Assembly (NCBI GenBank): GCA_963718355.1
Contig: CAVQZA010000005.1
Location: forward strand, 122,110 to 186,109
Direction: 5' to 3'
DNA length: 64,000 nucleotides
Source: an uncultured Actinomycetes bacterium
GTDB taxonomy: Bacteria; Actinomycetota; Thermoleophilia; Gaiellales; Gaiellaceae
The stretch's first letter is position 1; each line of letters starts with the position of its first letter. Both the position numbers and the translations under genes were made by a program. The notes beneath the pieces were generated by a model. That model did no database searches. It saw only the letters and a list, made by a program, of their open reading frames with translations, and was not told where the DNA came from. Of this stretch, positions 1 through 8,771 are shown in pieces.

Positions 1-728
1 TGATCTGCGTTGACGGAGTGAACAGCATGACGGGGAACGCCATCGATCTTCCCGCGTTTGCTCGGTTGGCGCGCGAGTACAACGCACTCTTGTACGTGGA
101 CGATGCTCACGGGTTCGGGATCATCGGCGAGCGAAGCGACGACGAGCTCAGTCCCTATGGGAATCGGGGGAACGGCATCGTGCGCTACGCCGGTGAGACG
201 TACGAGAACGTCGTTCTCGTGTCGGGGTTGTCGAAGGCCTATTCGTCGCTGGCCGCGTTCCTCACCTGTCCCCCAGAATTGAAGCGACTGCTGAAGACGG
301 CTGCTCCGCCGTACCTCTATTCCGGACCGTCCCCTGTTGCTTCACTAGCAACTGTTCTCGCAGGCCTGGAGGTGAACGAACAGCGTGGCGATGCTGTCCG
401 CGCCGATCTCTGGCGCAAAACCAGCGTGGTGCTCAATTGCCTGGACAGTATGGGAGTCCACACGCCGAATCGATCCGGGTTCCCGATCATCGAGGTGCCG
501 CTCGCACGCGACAAGGACATCGACGCAGTGGGTCGGTTCCTATTTGAAAACGGCATCTACGTGACGCTTGCGGCGTATCCCCTAGTGCCGCGCGACGAGG
601 TCGGCTTTCGGATTCAGGTGACGGCAGCAAATACCGATGCCGAGCTCGACTTGCTCGTCGATGTCCTCGGTCGCCTCACTGACCGGTTCGATCTTCAACC
701 GATTCGCTCGTCGAAGCAGCTGGCGTGA
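1..728 (+). CDS. PLP-dependent alpha-oxoamine synthase family enzyme (8-amino-7-oxononanoate synthase / serine palmitoyltransferase-like); 5' end lies outside the window
   Basis: The frame is open from the window edge. ORF 18..728 carries LYVDDAHGFG and SGLSKAYSS (PLP-lysine context). Confidence 0.8.
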   Translation, partial: ICVDGVNSMTGNAIDLPAFARLAREYNALLYVDDAHGFGIIGERSDDELSPYGNRGNGIVRYAGETYENVVLVSGLSKAYSSLAAFLTCPPELKRLLKTAAPPYLYSGPSPVASLATVLAGLEVNEQRGDAVRADLWRKTSVVLNCLDSMGVHTPNRSGFPIIEVPLARDKDIDAVGRFLFENGIYVTLAAYPLVPRDEVGFRIQVTAANTDAELDLLVDVLGRLTDRFDLQPIRSSKQLA

Positions 729-3700
729 CCGCTTTGCCGGTTCTGGGGAGCTGGCGCAGCCGGCTCTGGGTGTGGTATTTGGTCTCGACCTGCGCTCTGA
801 TGGGGCTGTATCTCTTCGCTCCGGGCCTTGCCGGCAGTGGGCCCCTGTTCAACGCGCTGGGCCTTTCCGGTGTGATCGCGATCGTTGTCGGGATTCGGTT
901 GAACAAGCCGAGGGCTCGTGCGGCATGGTGGCTCTTCGCGGCGGGGCAGTTCCTCTTCTTCTGTGGCGATCTCTACACGTACAGCTACCCAAAGCTGTTC
1001 GGGGCCGACGTCGGGTTCCCCTCGATCGGTGACGCCCTATACCTGGCGGTGTATCCCGTATTGATGGCGGGTTTCGTACTTCTGATCAGACGGCGCAATC
1101 CGCGACCCGACCGGGCCGCGCTCATCGATGCGCTGATCCTGACGATCGGGTTCGCTCTGCTCTCGTGGGTGTTCCTCATCGCACCGAACGTCCACCTGTC
1201 AGGGCTTTCTTGGCTGGCCAAGGGGGTCTCGGTCGCATATCCGCTCGGCGATGTTCTGCTTCTCGCGGCCGTCATCCGCCTCGCCGTCGATGCCGGAAAG
1301 CGCACACCCGCGTTCTGGCTTCTCGTCAGCAGTGTCGTCTGTCTGATGGCTACGGACTCCGCGTACAACTACGCGCTCCTGAAAAACACGTTCCACCACC
1401 AGCTGAGTTTCGACGCTGGGTGGATTCTCTATTACCTACTATGGGGCGCAGCGGCGCTTCATCCGTCAATGCGTACTTTGGAAGAGCCGGCGTCGAACCC
1501 CCGTGCACGTCTCACACCGGTTCGCTTGGTCCTGCTCGCGGGCGCCTGTCTGATAGCGCCGGGGATCCACTTTGCCCAGTCGTTGAACAACCCCGACGTC
1601 ATGGTGCTGGTCGTCGCATCTGCCGTGCTCTTCCTGCTCGTCGTCGCGAGAATGGCCGGACTCGTTCGGCAGGAGGAGCGTGCCGTTTCGCGTGAGCGTG
1701 CCCTTCGCAGCGCCGGGATCGATCTCGTGGCAGCGGCCGATCAGGACCAGGTGGCGGCAGCCGCGATCCTTGGCGTGAGGCGTCTGCTCGGCCCAGGGAC
1801 GGCGGCAAGGCTCGTTCTCGTCCGAGACGGCGAGGCGGTCGTGGCGGCGGCGTCCGACGGCGCCGTCGGACAGCCAATAAGTGACAGAACTCGAGCCTGG
1901 CTCCGCCAGAACCCATCGGACTCGATTCGGATCGTCGAGACCGAGCTGCCGGCGCATGTGCAGGCCGAGTTGAGACTGAGCGGAGAACAGGCGACGTGCG
2001 TGTCACCTTTGATCGTCCGGGACGAGGTACGTGGGACGCTCGTCGTCTCGGCGCCCAGCTCTGTTATACGCAACCTCACGGATGCCCTAAGTGCGCTCGC
2101 GACGCAGGTATCGCTCGCCGTCGAGGCGGCATCCTTGTCGGCAGATCTCCACCGTCGGCAGAGTGAGGTGCGGTTCCGCTCCCTCGTGGCTCATTCGAGC
2201 GACCTCATCACGGTCCTCGATGCGCAGGGCGTGATCACCTATCAGAGTCCTTCGATCGAGGGCGTGCTCGGCTATCGTGTCGACGAGGTCGAGGGCACGC
2301 GCTTCGACCGGCTGCTCAGCGCGAGTGATCGTCCACTCCTCGATCAGCTCTTGGCCGCCGACACCCCGAGACACAGCGAAGGGCATACGATCGAGTGCTC
2401 CGTCCTCCATCGCGACGGCGCAGTTCTCAGGTTTGAGGTGCAGCACACCGATCTGCTGCACGACGAGCACGTTCGCGGCTTGGTGCTGAACAGTCGTGAC
2501 ATCAGCGAACGCAAGGCGTTCGAGGACCAGCTCGCACACCAGGCCTTCCACGATCCTGTGACAAAGCTCGCGAATCGCGCACTCTTCTCCGATCGCGTGG
2601 AGCACGCGCTGATGCGATCGACTCGGGGTATCCCGGAGATCGCCGTGATGTTCGTCGACCTTGACGACTTCAAGACGGTCAACGACAGCCTCGGGCACGC
2701 GGCCGGCGACGAGGTGCTGCGCGAGGTCGGTGAGAGGCTAAGGTCAGCAGTCAGGCCGACCGACACGGTCGCGCGGTTCGGTGGCGACGAGTTCGCTGTG
2801 CTCTTGGACGGCGTCACCGGCTCGGAGGACGCCGCCGATGCTGCAGCACGGATCCTCCGGGCACTCGACCTGCCGGTGGAGATCGAAGGCAAGAACGTGT
2901 TCCCGCGGGCGAGTATCGGGATCTGTCTCGTCGGCGAGGATCTCGAGACACCCGCTGCAGCGGATCTGTTGCGGAACGCCGACGTCGCGATGTACATGGC
3001 GAAGCGCGACAGCAAGGGCAGTTACCGCGTGTTCGAGGCGACGATGCATGAGCGCGTCGTTGAGCGGCTCGAACTTCGATCCGACCTACAGCATGCGATG
3101 GCGCTCGACCAGCTCGAACTGCACTACCAGCCCGTGGTACGGCTTGCGGGTCGTGAAATCATCGGCGTTGAAGCGTTGCTTCGCTGGAACCATCCCGTTC
3201 GGGGGACAATCCCGCCGAACCACTTCATCCCGGTCGCTGAGGAAACCGGCTTGATCATTCCGATCGGTCGCTGGGTGCTCGAGTTGGCGTGCCGTGAGGG
3301 CGTCCGCCTCCACCAGCGATTCCCACGCGCCGAGCCGCTGACTATGAGCGTCAATCTGTCTGTGAGGCAGCTTCAATCTGAGTCGATCGTCTCAGACGTG
3401 CGTGAGGCGCTCGCTGTCACCGGGCTACCCGCAGCCTGCCTCGTGCTCGAGATCACCGAGTCGCTCATGTTGGTCGACACCGATTTTGGGATACAGCAGT
3501 TGCACGACCTGAAGTCGCTGGGCGTCCGCCTCGCGATGGACGACTTCGGGACGGGCTACTCGTCGCTGAGCTACTTGAGCCGGTTCCCGGTAGACATCCT
3601 GAAGATGGACCGATCGTTCGTCGGTTCTGGGGACAACGAGGCTTTGACATCGGCGATCATCGCTCTCGGCGAGAGCCTTTCCCTCGAAGTTGTAGCGGAG

Positions 3701-3871
3701 GGGATTGAGCTGCAGGAGCAGGCGTCGTCTCTGCAGGCCCGTGGATGCAAGATCGGCCAGGGATTCCTGTTCGCCCGCCCTATGGGGTCGGGCGCCCTGA
3801 CCGACTTCCTTACGCTTGCAGCTGCGACCCCCGGAGACGTCGAGTCTTCGGCGTCGTTCAATGCAGCATAG
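725..3871 (+). CDS. Polytopic membrane sensor with GAF-like, PAS, GGDEF and EAL domains (c-di-GMP turnover protein)
   Basis: About 300 aa of N-terminal TM helices, a PAS-like FRSLVAHSSDLITVLD, RFGGDEFAVLL (GGDEF) and EALLRWNHP (EAL). GTGA overlap with the upstream gene. Confidence 0.9.
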   Translation: MTALPVLGSWRSRLWVWYLVSTCALMGLYLFAPGLAGSGPLFNALGLSGVIAIVVGIRLNKPRARAAWWLFAAGQFLFFCGDLYTYSYPKLFGADVGFPSIGDALYLAVYPVLMAGFVLLIRRRNPRPDRAALIDALILTIGFALLSWVFLIAPNVHLSGLSWLAKGVSVAYPLGDVLLLAAVIRLAVDAGKRTPAFWLLVSSVVCLMATDSAYNYALLKNTFHHQLSFDAGWILYYLLWGAAALHPSMRTLEEPASNPRARLTPVRLVLLAGACLIAPGIHFAQSLNNPDVMVLVVASAVLFLLVVARMAGLVRQEERAVSRERALRSAGIDLVAAADQDQVAAAAILGVRRLLGPGTAARLVLVRDGEAVVAAASDGAVGQPISDRTRAWLRQNPSDSIRIVETELPAHVQAELRLSGEQATCVSPLIVRDEVRGTLVVSAPSSVIRNLTDALSALATQVSLAVEAASLSADLHRRQSEVRFRSLVAHSSDLITVLDAQGVITYQSPSIEGVLGYRVDEVEGTRFDRLLSASDRPLLDQLLAADTPRHSEGHTIECSVLHRDGAVLRFEVQHTDLLHDEHVRGLVLNSRDISERKAFEDQLAHQAFHDPVTKLANRALFSDRVEHALMRSTRGIPEIAVMFVDLDDFKTVNDSLGHAAGDEVLREVGERLRSAVRPTDTVARFGGDEFAVLLDGVTGSEDAADAAARILRALDLPVEIEGKNVFPRASIGICLVGEDLETPAAADLLRNADVAMYMAKRDSKGSYRVFEATMHERVVERLELRSDLQHAMALDQLELHYQPVVRLAGREIIGVEALLRWNHPVRGTIPPNHFIPVAEETGLIIPIGRWVLELACREGVRLHQRFPRAEPLTMSVNLSVRQLQSESIVSDVREALAVTGLPAACLVLEITESLMLVDTDFGIQQLHDLKSLGVRLAMDDFGTGYSSLSYLSRFPVDILKMDRSFVGSGDNEALTSAIIALGESLSLEVVAEGIELQEQASSLQARGCKIGQGFLFARPMGSGALTDFLTLAAATPGDVESSASFNAA

Positions 3872-5297
3872 TTACGAGGGGCTCGATCGCCCGGGCGGGC
3901 TAGACCGCAACAACCTCCTCTCGCCGTTGAGGCACCGAGACTTTCGCGTTCTGTGGGCGGGCATGGCGGTGTCCCTCATCGGCGACGGAGTCTTTCTCGT
4001 GGCGGTGGCCTGGGAAAGCTACGCCTTATGGAACTCCCCGGCTTCCCTCGCGATCGTCGGGATCGGGATGACCGTCCCGACGATCGCGTTCCTGCTCGTC
4101 GGCGGCGTCATCAGCGATCGTTACGACCGACGACGCGTGATGATCTGCGCTGACGGTCTTCGCGCCATCTCTGTTGGGGTACTCGCCATTCTCGCGCTGG
4201 CCGGTAGCCTCAGCTATTGGGAGTTAGTCGTTCTCGTCGCGATCTATGGGGTCGGCACCGCGTTCTTCATGCCCGCCTTCGAGGCCATGGTCCCGCAATT
4301 GCTGCCCTCCGCACAGCTACCGTCCGCCAACTCGCTCGATCAGTTCGTGCGGCCGGTCGGACTTCGGCTGGTCGGTCCGGTGGTCGGCGGCATTCTCGTC
4401 GCGGTGTCTTCGGGGCTCGCGTTCACGGTCGACGCAGTCTCTTTCATCGCGTCGCTCGTGGCGGTGATGGCGATGAAGCAACGTCACGGAACGCCCACAA
4501 CGCCGGACGGCTCCCACCGGGACGCGCTCAAGGAGGGCATGCTCTTCGTTCGTCGACGTGTCTGGCTCTGGGGGACGCTCCTTTCCGCCGCGATCGCATA
4601 CCTGGTGTTCCTCGGCCCCGTCGAGGTGCTCCTGCCGTACCTCGTCAAGAACGACCTCCACGCGTCTGCGAGGACGCTGGGGTTCATCCTCGCAGCCGGA
4701 GGCGTCGGTGCCATCGGTGCCGCGATCTACATGGGCCAGCACGGACACCCGCGCCGCGACGTGACCGTGATGTATCTCACCTGGACCAGCGCGACTCTCG
4801 CGATCGTCGGCTATGGGATAGCGACTGCGGCCTGGCAACTCATGCTGGTCTGCCTGGTCTTCAACGCGCTCGAAGCGGCGGGGACGATCATCTGGGCGAC
4901 GATCAAGCAACGCCATGTCCCTGGGTCGATGCTGGGTCGGGTATCCAGCCTCGACTGGCTCATTTCGATTGCCCTTCTGCCCCTTTCGTTCGCGTTGACG
5001 GCACCGGTCGCCGCCGCGCTTGGGGCGCGGACAACCCTAGTTTGCGCAGGCGTAATCGGCACCGCGGTCACATTGAGCGCGTATTTCCTGCCCGGCATGC
5101 GAGACATAGAGGAGCGACTGGGGGGCGACGGATCGCCAGCTGCCCATTTCCAACGGTTGGCGACATCGTTACCCGTCGCGCCTCACGCGTCGACCCTGAG
5201 CAAGCCAGGCGCCCGCCTCTCGGCCGACGGCTCCGCTGGGCTCGCCGGCACTACGGCCTTGGATCCCGCCAAAGCCGGAATGTGGCTCGATCAGTAG
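3861..5297 (+). CDS. MFS transporter (EntS/MFS_3-like)
   Basis: RHRDFRVLWAGMAVSLIGDG N-terminus, about 12 hydrophobic segments and DRYDRRRVM in loop 2-3. Start chosen at ATG 3861; ORF-track start 3816 is also possible. Confidence 0.75.
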   Translation: MQHSYEGLDRPGGLDRNNLLSPLRHRDFRVLWAGMAVSLIGDGVFLVAVAWESYALWNSPASLAIVGIGMTVPTIAFLLVGGVISDRYDRRRVMICADGLRAISVGVLAILALAGSLSYWELVVLVAIYGVGTAFFMPAFEAMVPQLLPSAQLPSANSLDQFVRPVGLRLVGPVVGGILVAVSSGLAFTVDAVSFIASLVAVMAMKQRHGTPTTPDGSHRDALKEGMLFVRRRVWLWGTLLSAAIAYLVFLGPVEVLLPYLVKNDLHASARTLGFILAAGGVGAIGAAIYMGQHGHPRRDVTVMYLTWTSATLAIVGYGIATAAWQLMLVCLVFNALEAAGTIIWATIKQRHVPGSMLGRVSSLDWLISIALLPLSFALTAPVAAALGARTTLVCAGVIGTAVTLSAYFLPGMRDIEERLGGDGSPAAHFQRLATSLPVAPHASTLSKPGARLSADGSAGLAGTTALDPAKAGMWLDQ

Positions 5298-5326
5298 GTC
5301 GCGTGAACAGCCTACTTAGGAACTAC

Positions 5327-5722
5327 CTAGGCGGCATGTCTCGTACCAGCGAGTAGCGCCTCGGCCACGCGAGCATCGGCTGACTTGACGAGTCGACCGC
5401 TCTCCTCGCTGGCGTCGAGCAAGGCGGCCGCGAGGGCTCCCGTCTTGTCCCCTGGTCGTAGTTCGAGGAACTCGTCCCAAGACTGAGCCACGACTCGTTC
5501 GACGGCCCACAGCGCCTCGTCGATCAGGGAAGCGAAGATCGCCTCGGCGGCATCCGCCAGCATCTCGATCGAACGGGTGTCGCGCGCATCGATCGAGGCG
5601 ACTTGCCAAGCCATGCCGCGGACGACTCCTTCCCAGCTGCCGCCGCGACACATCTCACCCAGGGCGCCGCGAAGAGCGTCCTCCGCGATCTTCTCGCTCA
5701 TCCCAGCAGGTATGTGCGCCAT
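5327..5722 (-). CDS. Hypothetical all-alpha protein (about 131 aa), no family recognised
   Basis: ORF 5327..5809 has GC3-rich codon usage. Start is uncertain (5809, 5722 or 5701). It lies directly downstream of the deacetylase gene on the same strand. Confidence 0.35.
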   Translation of the reverse strand: MAHIPAGMSEKIAEDALRGALGEMCRGGSWEGVVRGMAWQVASIDARDTRSIEMLADAAEAIFASLIDEALWAVERVVAQSWDEFLELRPGDKTGALAAALLDASEESGRLVKSADARVAEALLAGTRHAA

Positions 5723-5836
5723 CGAGTGGATGTTCCGCTTTCGACCGGACGATGCGGTCCGGAGGCAGAGCAGCGTCAACGTCTCCCTACACGGAGCGAA
5801 CGAGCGCATTCCGTTGTGGCGCTGGCCGGAGCTCGC

Positions 5837-7288
5837 TCAGCGGGCGAAGCCAGGGTCGGCGAGTGCTGCTGCGAACTGGGTGATGGTGGTGTCGGTGTGT
5901 ACCTCGAAGCGGTAGCGCCGGTTGAATCCGTTTAGTGCTCCGACGGTCCCGGATGCGAGTGCGTAAGTGACCGGGTTGGTCTGGGTGAAGATGACCGGGA
6001 ACTTCGATGCCATGAAGCCCGGCAACCATCCTTGGAGGGTGCCGGAGGGGTCGTTGTAGAGGTTCGTCCACTGACCGGCGTCGTTGAACGGGAGTGCCCA
6101 GCTGACCATCGATGCCGTCGGGATCTTGGTATTGATCTCGGTCATGCCGGCAGTGACCTCGCTGGTGATCCGCACTTCTGCCTGTGCCGGCGTCTCGGTC
6201 GTGGTGGTGGTCGTTCTGGTGCTCCCCGTTCCGGTGATCGTCCTGATCGTCCCAAGACAGCTGTAGAAGTACGGGCAGGTGGTGGGGAACGACTCGGTGA
6301 CACCAGTGCCGAGAGTGATCCTCGCCGGTGGTTTGTCGGCGTAGGAGTCGCCGTGGCCGTACTGGCCGGCGTGGAAGGCGACCTGCCAGCGACCCGTCGC
6401 CACCAGCGCCTGGATGTTCGCCCAGGTCATGTTGTTCGGGTCGGCATCACCCGGGGTCAGGTTGTCGGCAAAACCCGTGACCACGAACAGCACCGCCGTG
6501 AAGCCGTACTTCTGCAGGATCGGATCCCACGCCTGCTCGTCCTTGATCCCGTCGTCGACGGTGATCAGCACCGGCTTGGCGACACCGATGTTCGCGCCAC
6601 CCAGCCACTGCTGGTACTGCTCGAGCGTGACCGATTGGTAGCCGTTCGTCTTCAGATAGGAGAGCTGCGCATCCGCCTCGGCCGGCGTCTCGTCATAGAT
6701 CGAGTAGCCACCCGGCGGATTGATCTCATGGTAGTTGAGCACCGGTAGATAGGTGATCGTCCCCGTCGTGATCGTGACCGGCGACGCACTGGCGATGTTG
6801 CCGGCCTGATCGGTCACCGCGGCGGAGATCGCATGTTGCCCTGCCGTCAGCGTCGAGGTGTCGAAGGTGATCGTGTACAGGTAGGACTGACCTGCGTCAG
6901 GCGCGGTCTGCCGGCGACCGAGGACGGCTCCGATGATGATGGCGGCCGCGACGGCGAGCACCGGATACCGCGCTTGAGAGGCGAACCCGCGACCGCCGGC
7001 GGCGAGACCGGACGCTGTCAGCAGCACGAGCGTCGCGATCCCGACCAGGGTCGAGACGAGCAGCACGAATGCCGCAACAGGCCGCCGGACCGAGTATCGC
7101 CTCAGTTGCTCGTACCAGTAGATCGTGGAAATGGCCTGCCCGCCGGGTATCGAGTTGATCATCGCGATACCGATCACCGTGAGCGAGAAGAGCGCGCGGA
7201 ACGGGACCGTGACCGAGCCGAGCCTTAGCAGCACCCGGACGAGCGCCGCATAGCAGGCGAGTGACGCGAGCTCGGCCACGGCGGCCAC
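5837..7288 (-). CDS. Membrane-anchored polysaccharide deacetylase (NodB domain) with an Ig-like segment; its N-terminal TM part resembles the distal half of a flippase-like (UPF0104 / LPG-synthase TM) domain
   Basis: LITVDDGIKDEQAWDPILQKYGFTAVLFVVTGF (NodB motif 1 context), an Ig-like LTAGQHAISAAVTDQAGNIASASPVTI, and TM segments with INSIPGGQAIS. Confidence 0.75.
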   Translation of the reverse strand: MAAVAELASLACYAALVRVLLRLGSVTVPFRALFSLTVIGIAMINSIPGGQAISTIYWYEQLRRYSVRRPVAAFVLLVSTLVGIATLVLLTASGLAAGGRGFASQARYPVLAVAAAIIIGAVLGRRQTAPDAGQSYLYTITFDTSTLTAGQHAISAAVTDQAGNIASASPVTITTGTITYLPVLNYHEINPPGGYSIYDETPAEADAQLSYLKTNGYQSVTLEQYQQWLGGANIGVAKPVLITVDDGIKDEQAWDPILQKYGFTAVLFVVTGFADNLTPGDADPNNMTWANIQALVATGRWQVAFHAGQYGHGDSYADKPPARITLGTGVTESFPTTCPYFYSCLGTIRTITGTGSTRTTTTTTETPAQAEVRITSEVTAGMTEINTKIPTASMVSWALPFNDAGQWTNLYNDPSGTLQGWLPGFMASKFPVIFTQTNPVTYALASGTVGALNGFNRRYRFEVHTDTTITQFAAALADPGFAR

Positions 7289-7294
7289 CGCGAT

Positions 7295-7561
7295 TCAGCC
7301 CGGTTGCGCGCTTCCGAGCCTCGAGAGTGAATGCTCGATCGAGCCACGGCGAGCAGCGATCAGGTAGACGGCGGCACCGAGGAGGGCCAGGGTGAAGCCG
7401 ATCCTGATCTCGCGCAACGGCAGTCGTGCCCAGAAGGCATGAAGAGCTCGGTCGAGCCGATGCAGCCCGCACACCGCTCGCTCTCGGGCTCGCAGCTCGC
7501 GCACGCTCGCGGGGCAATCCCGCAGCCGCGGCCTCGTGGCGCCGGAACCAGGTGAGGTCAT
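7295..7561 (-). CDS. 88-aa fragment: cytoplasmic N-terminus plus the first TM helix of a flippase-like membrane domain; in frame with ORF 5837..7288 across a TGA
   Basis: IRIGFTLALLGAAVYLIAA TM helix. Stop TGA at 7295-7297 is in the same frame as GTG 7288, 9 nt downstream. Confidence 0.5.
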   Translation of the reverse strand: MTSPGSGATRPRLRDCPASVRELRARERAVCGLHRLDRALHAFWARLPLREIRIGFTLALLGAAVYLIAARRGSIEHSLSRLGSAQPG

Positions 7562-7705
7562 TTCCCGAACTCCGCCAACGGTATCGGAGCGACGATCGGG
7601 GTTGGCGCATCTACCACCTCGACTCCGCTCGACGGCTCCAGACCGCAGTGGTCGGACAGACCCAAACGGTCACACTGCACGCGCAGCCCCTGCGAAGATG
7701 ACCCG

Positions 7706-8092
7706 GTGGAGCGGATTCGGATCGACAAGTGGCTCTGGGCGGCGCGCTTCTTCAAGACGCGCGGCGAGGCGACCCAGGCGGTCCTGGGCGGCCACGTCCA
7801 CGTGGGCGGCGAGCGCGTCAAGCCTGCCCGGGAGGTCCGGGTCGGCGACATCCTCGAGATCTGTCGTCGTGAGGTCGGCTGGACGGTCGTCGTCACCGGC
7901 GTCGCGGGCCGGCGCGGGCCCGCGAGCGTCGCCGCGACGCTGTACGAGGAGACGCCCGAGTCGCTTGCAGCCCGCGAGCAGCAGCGGCTCGAGTGGCGTA
8001 TGGCCCGGCCGCTCGGCGCCGACCTCGGCTCGCGGCCGACGAAGCAGGCGCGCCGTCTGATCGAGGCGCTGCGGCGCGGCGAGCGGGCCTAG
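7706..8092 (+). CDS. hslR: S4-domain RNA-binding heat-shock protein 15-like
   Basis: IRIDKWLWAARFFKTRGEATQAVLGGHVHVGGERVKPAREVRVGD is the typical Hsp15 S4 motif. Confidence 0.8.
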   Translation: MERIRIDKWLWAARFFKTRGEATQAVLGGHVHVGGERVKPAREVRVGDILEICRREVGWTVVVTGVAGRRGPASVAATLYEETPESLAAREQQRLEWRMARPLGADLGSRPTKQARRLIEALRRGERA

Positions 8093-8745
8093 ATCACGCC
8101 GTAGGCCCGGAATGCCTCGGCGACCGGCATCCCCTCGGCGAGCATTTCCCGCACGAGGTTCTCGCCCGCGACCTTCTCCTCTGCCAGGCCCAGCACCTTT
8201 TCGGCGCGTGCCGCCGGGATCACGACGACACCGTCGTGATCGCCCAGCACGAGGTCGCCGGGCGCGATCTCTACGCCGCCGCACTCGATCGGGGCTCCGA
8301 CCGCGTCGACGTCGATTCGGCCCAGCGAGTCGGCGCAGTGGATGCCCGCGGCGAAGGTCGGGAAGCCCATCTCGACCAGGGCCAGCGTGTCTCGCGTGTA
8401 CGCGTCCGCCACGATCCCTCGCGCGCCGCGAAACGTGGCGGCTGTCGCCAGGAGCTCGCCCCAGAACGAGCCTCGGCAGGTCGAGACGACCATCACGTCG
8501 CCGGGCTGGAGTGCGTCGACCGCGCCGAGCTCGCCGCGGTACCAGTCGTCGCGGCTCTCCGGGACGGCGTCGACCTGCACGCAGTGGACGGTCGCGGCGA
8601 ACCCGGCGACTTTCATCCCGGGCGCGAGCGGGCGGATCCCTGGGTCGAGCACCTGTGAACGGACGCCGAGCCCGTCGAGGACGTCGGCGACGACTGCTGG
8701 ATGCAGGCGCTCGAGCCGGTCGATCAGCGTGAGGTCGCGGTCCAC
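8089..8745 (-). CDS. RraA family protein (putative 4-hydroxy-4-methyl-2-oxoglutarate aldolase / oxaloacetate decarboxylase-like)
   Basis: VVADVLDGLG ... GDVMVVS ... FWGELLATAATFRGARGIVADAYTRD ... GDHDGVVVIP, the RraA/MenG-like pattern. Confidence 0.8.
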   Translation of the reverse strand: MDRDLTLIDRLERLHPAVVADVLDGLGVRSQVLDPGIRPLAPGMKVAGFAATVHCVQVDAVPESRDDWYRGELGAVDALQPGDVMVVSTCRGSFWGELLATAATFRGARGIVADAYTRDTLALVEMGFPTFAAGIHCADSLGRIDVDAVGAPIECGGVEIAPGDLVLGDHDGVVVIPAARAEKVLGLAEEKVAGENLVREMLAEGMPVAEAFRAYGVI

Positions 8746-8771
8746 GGGAGGCTCCTCTCGGTCAGTGTGGA

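Noticed and set aside
7295-7297. TGA as selenocysteine in the flippase-like/deacetylase gene
   Set aside because: No SECIS-like hairpin is evident immediately downstream. The family context predicts Trp rather than Cys/Sec at this position, and no selenoprotein logic applies to a TM helix boundary.
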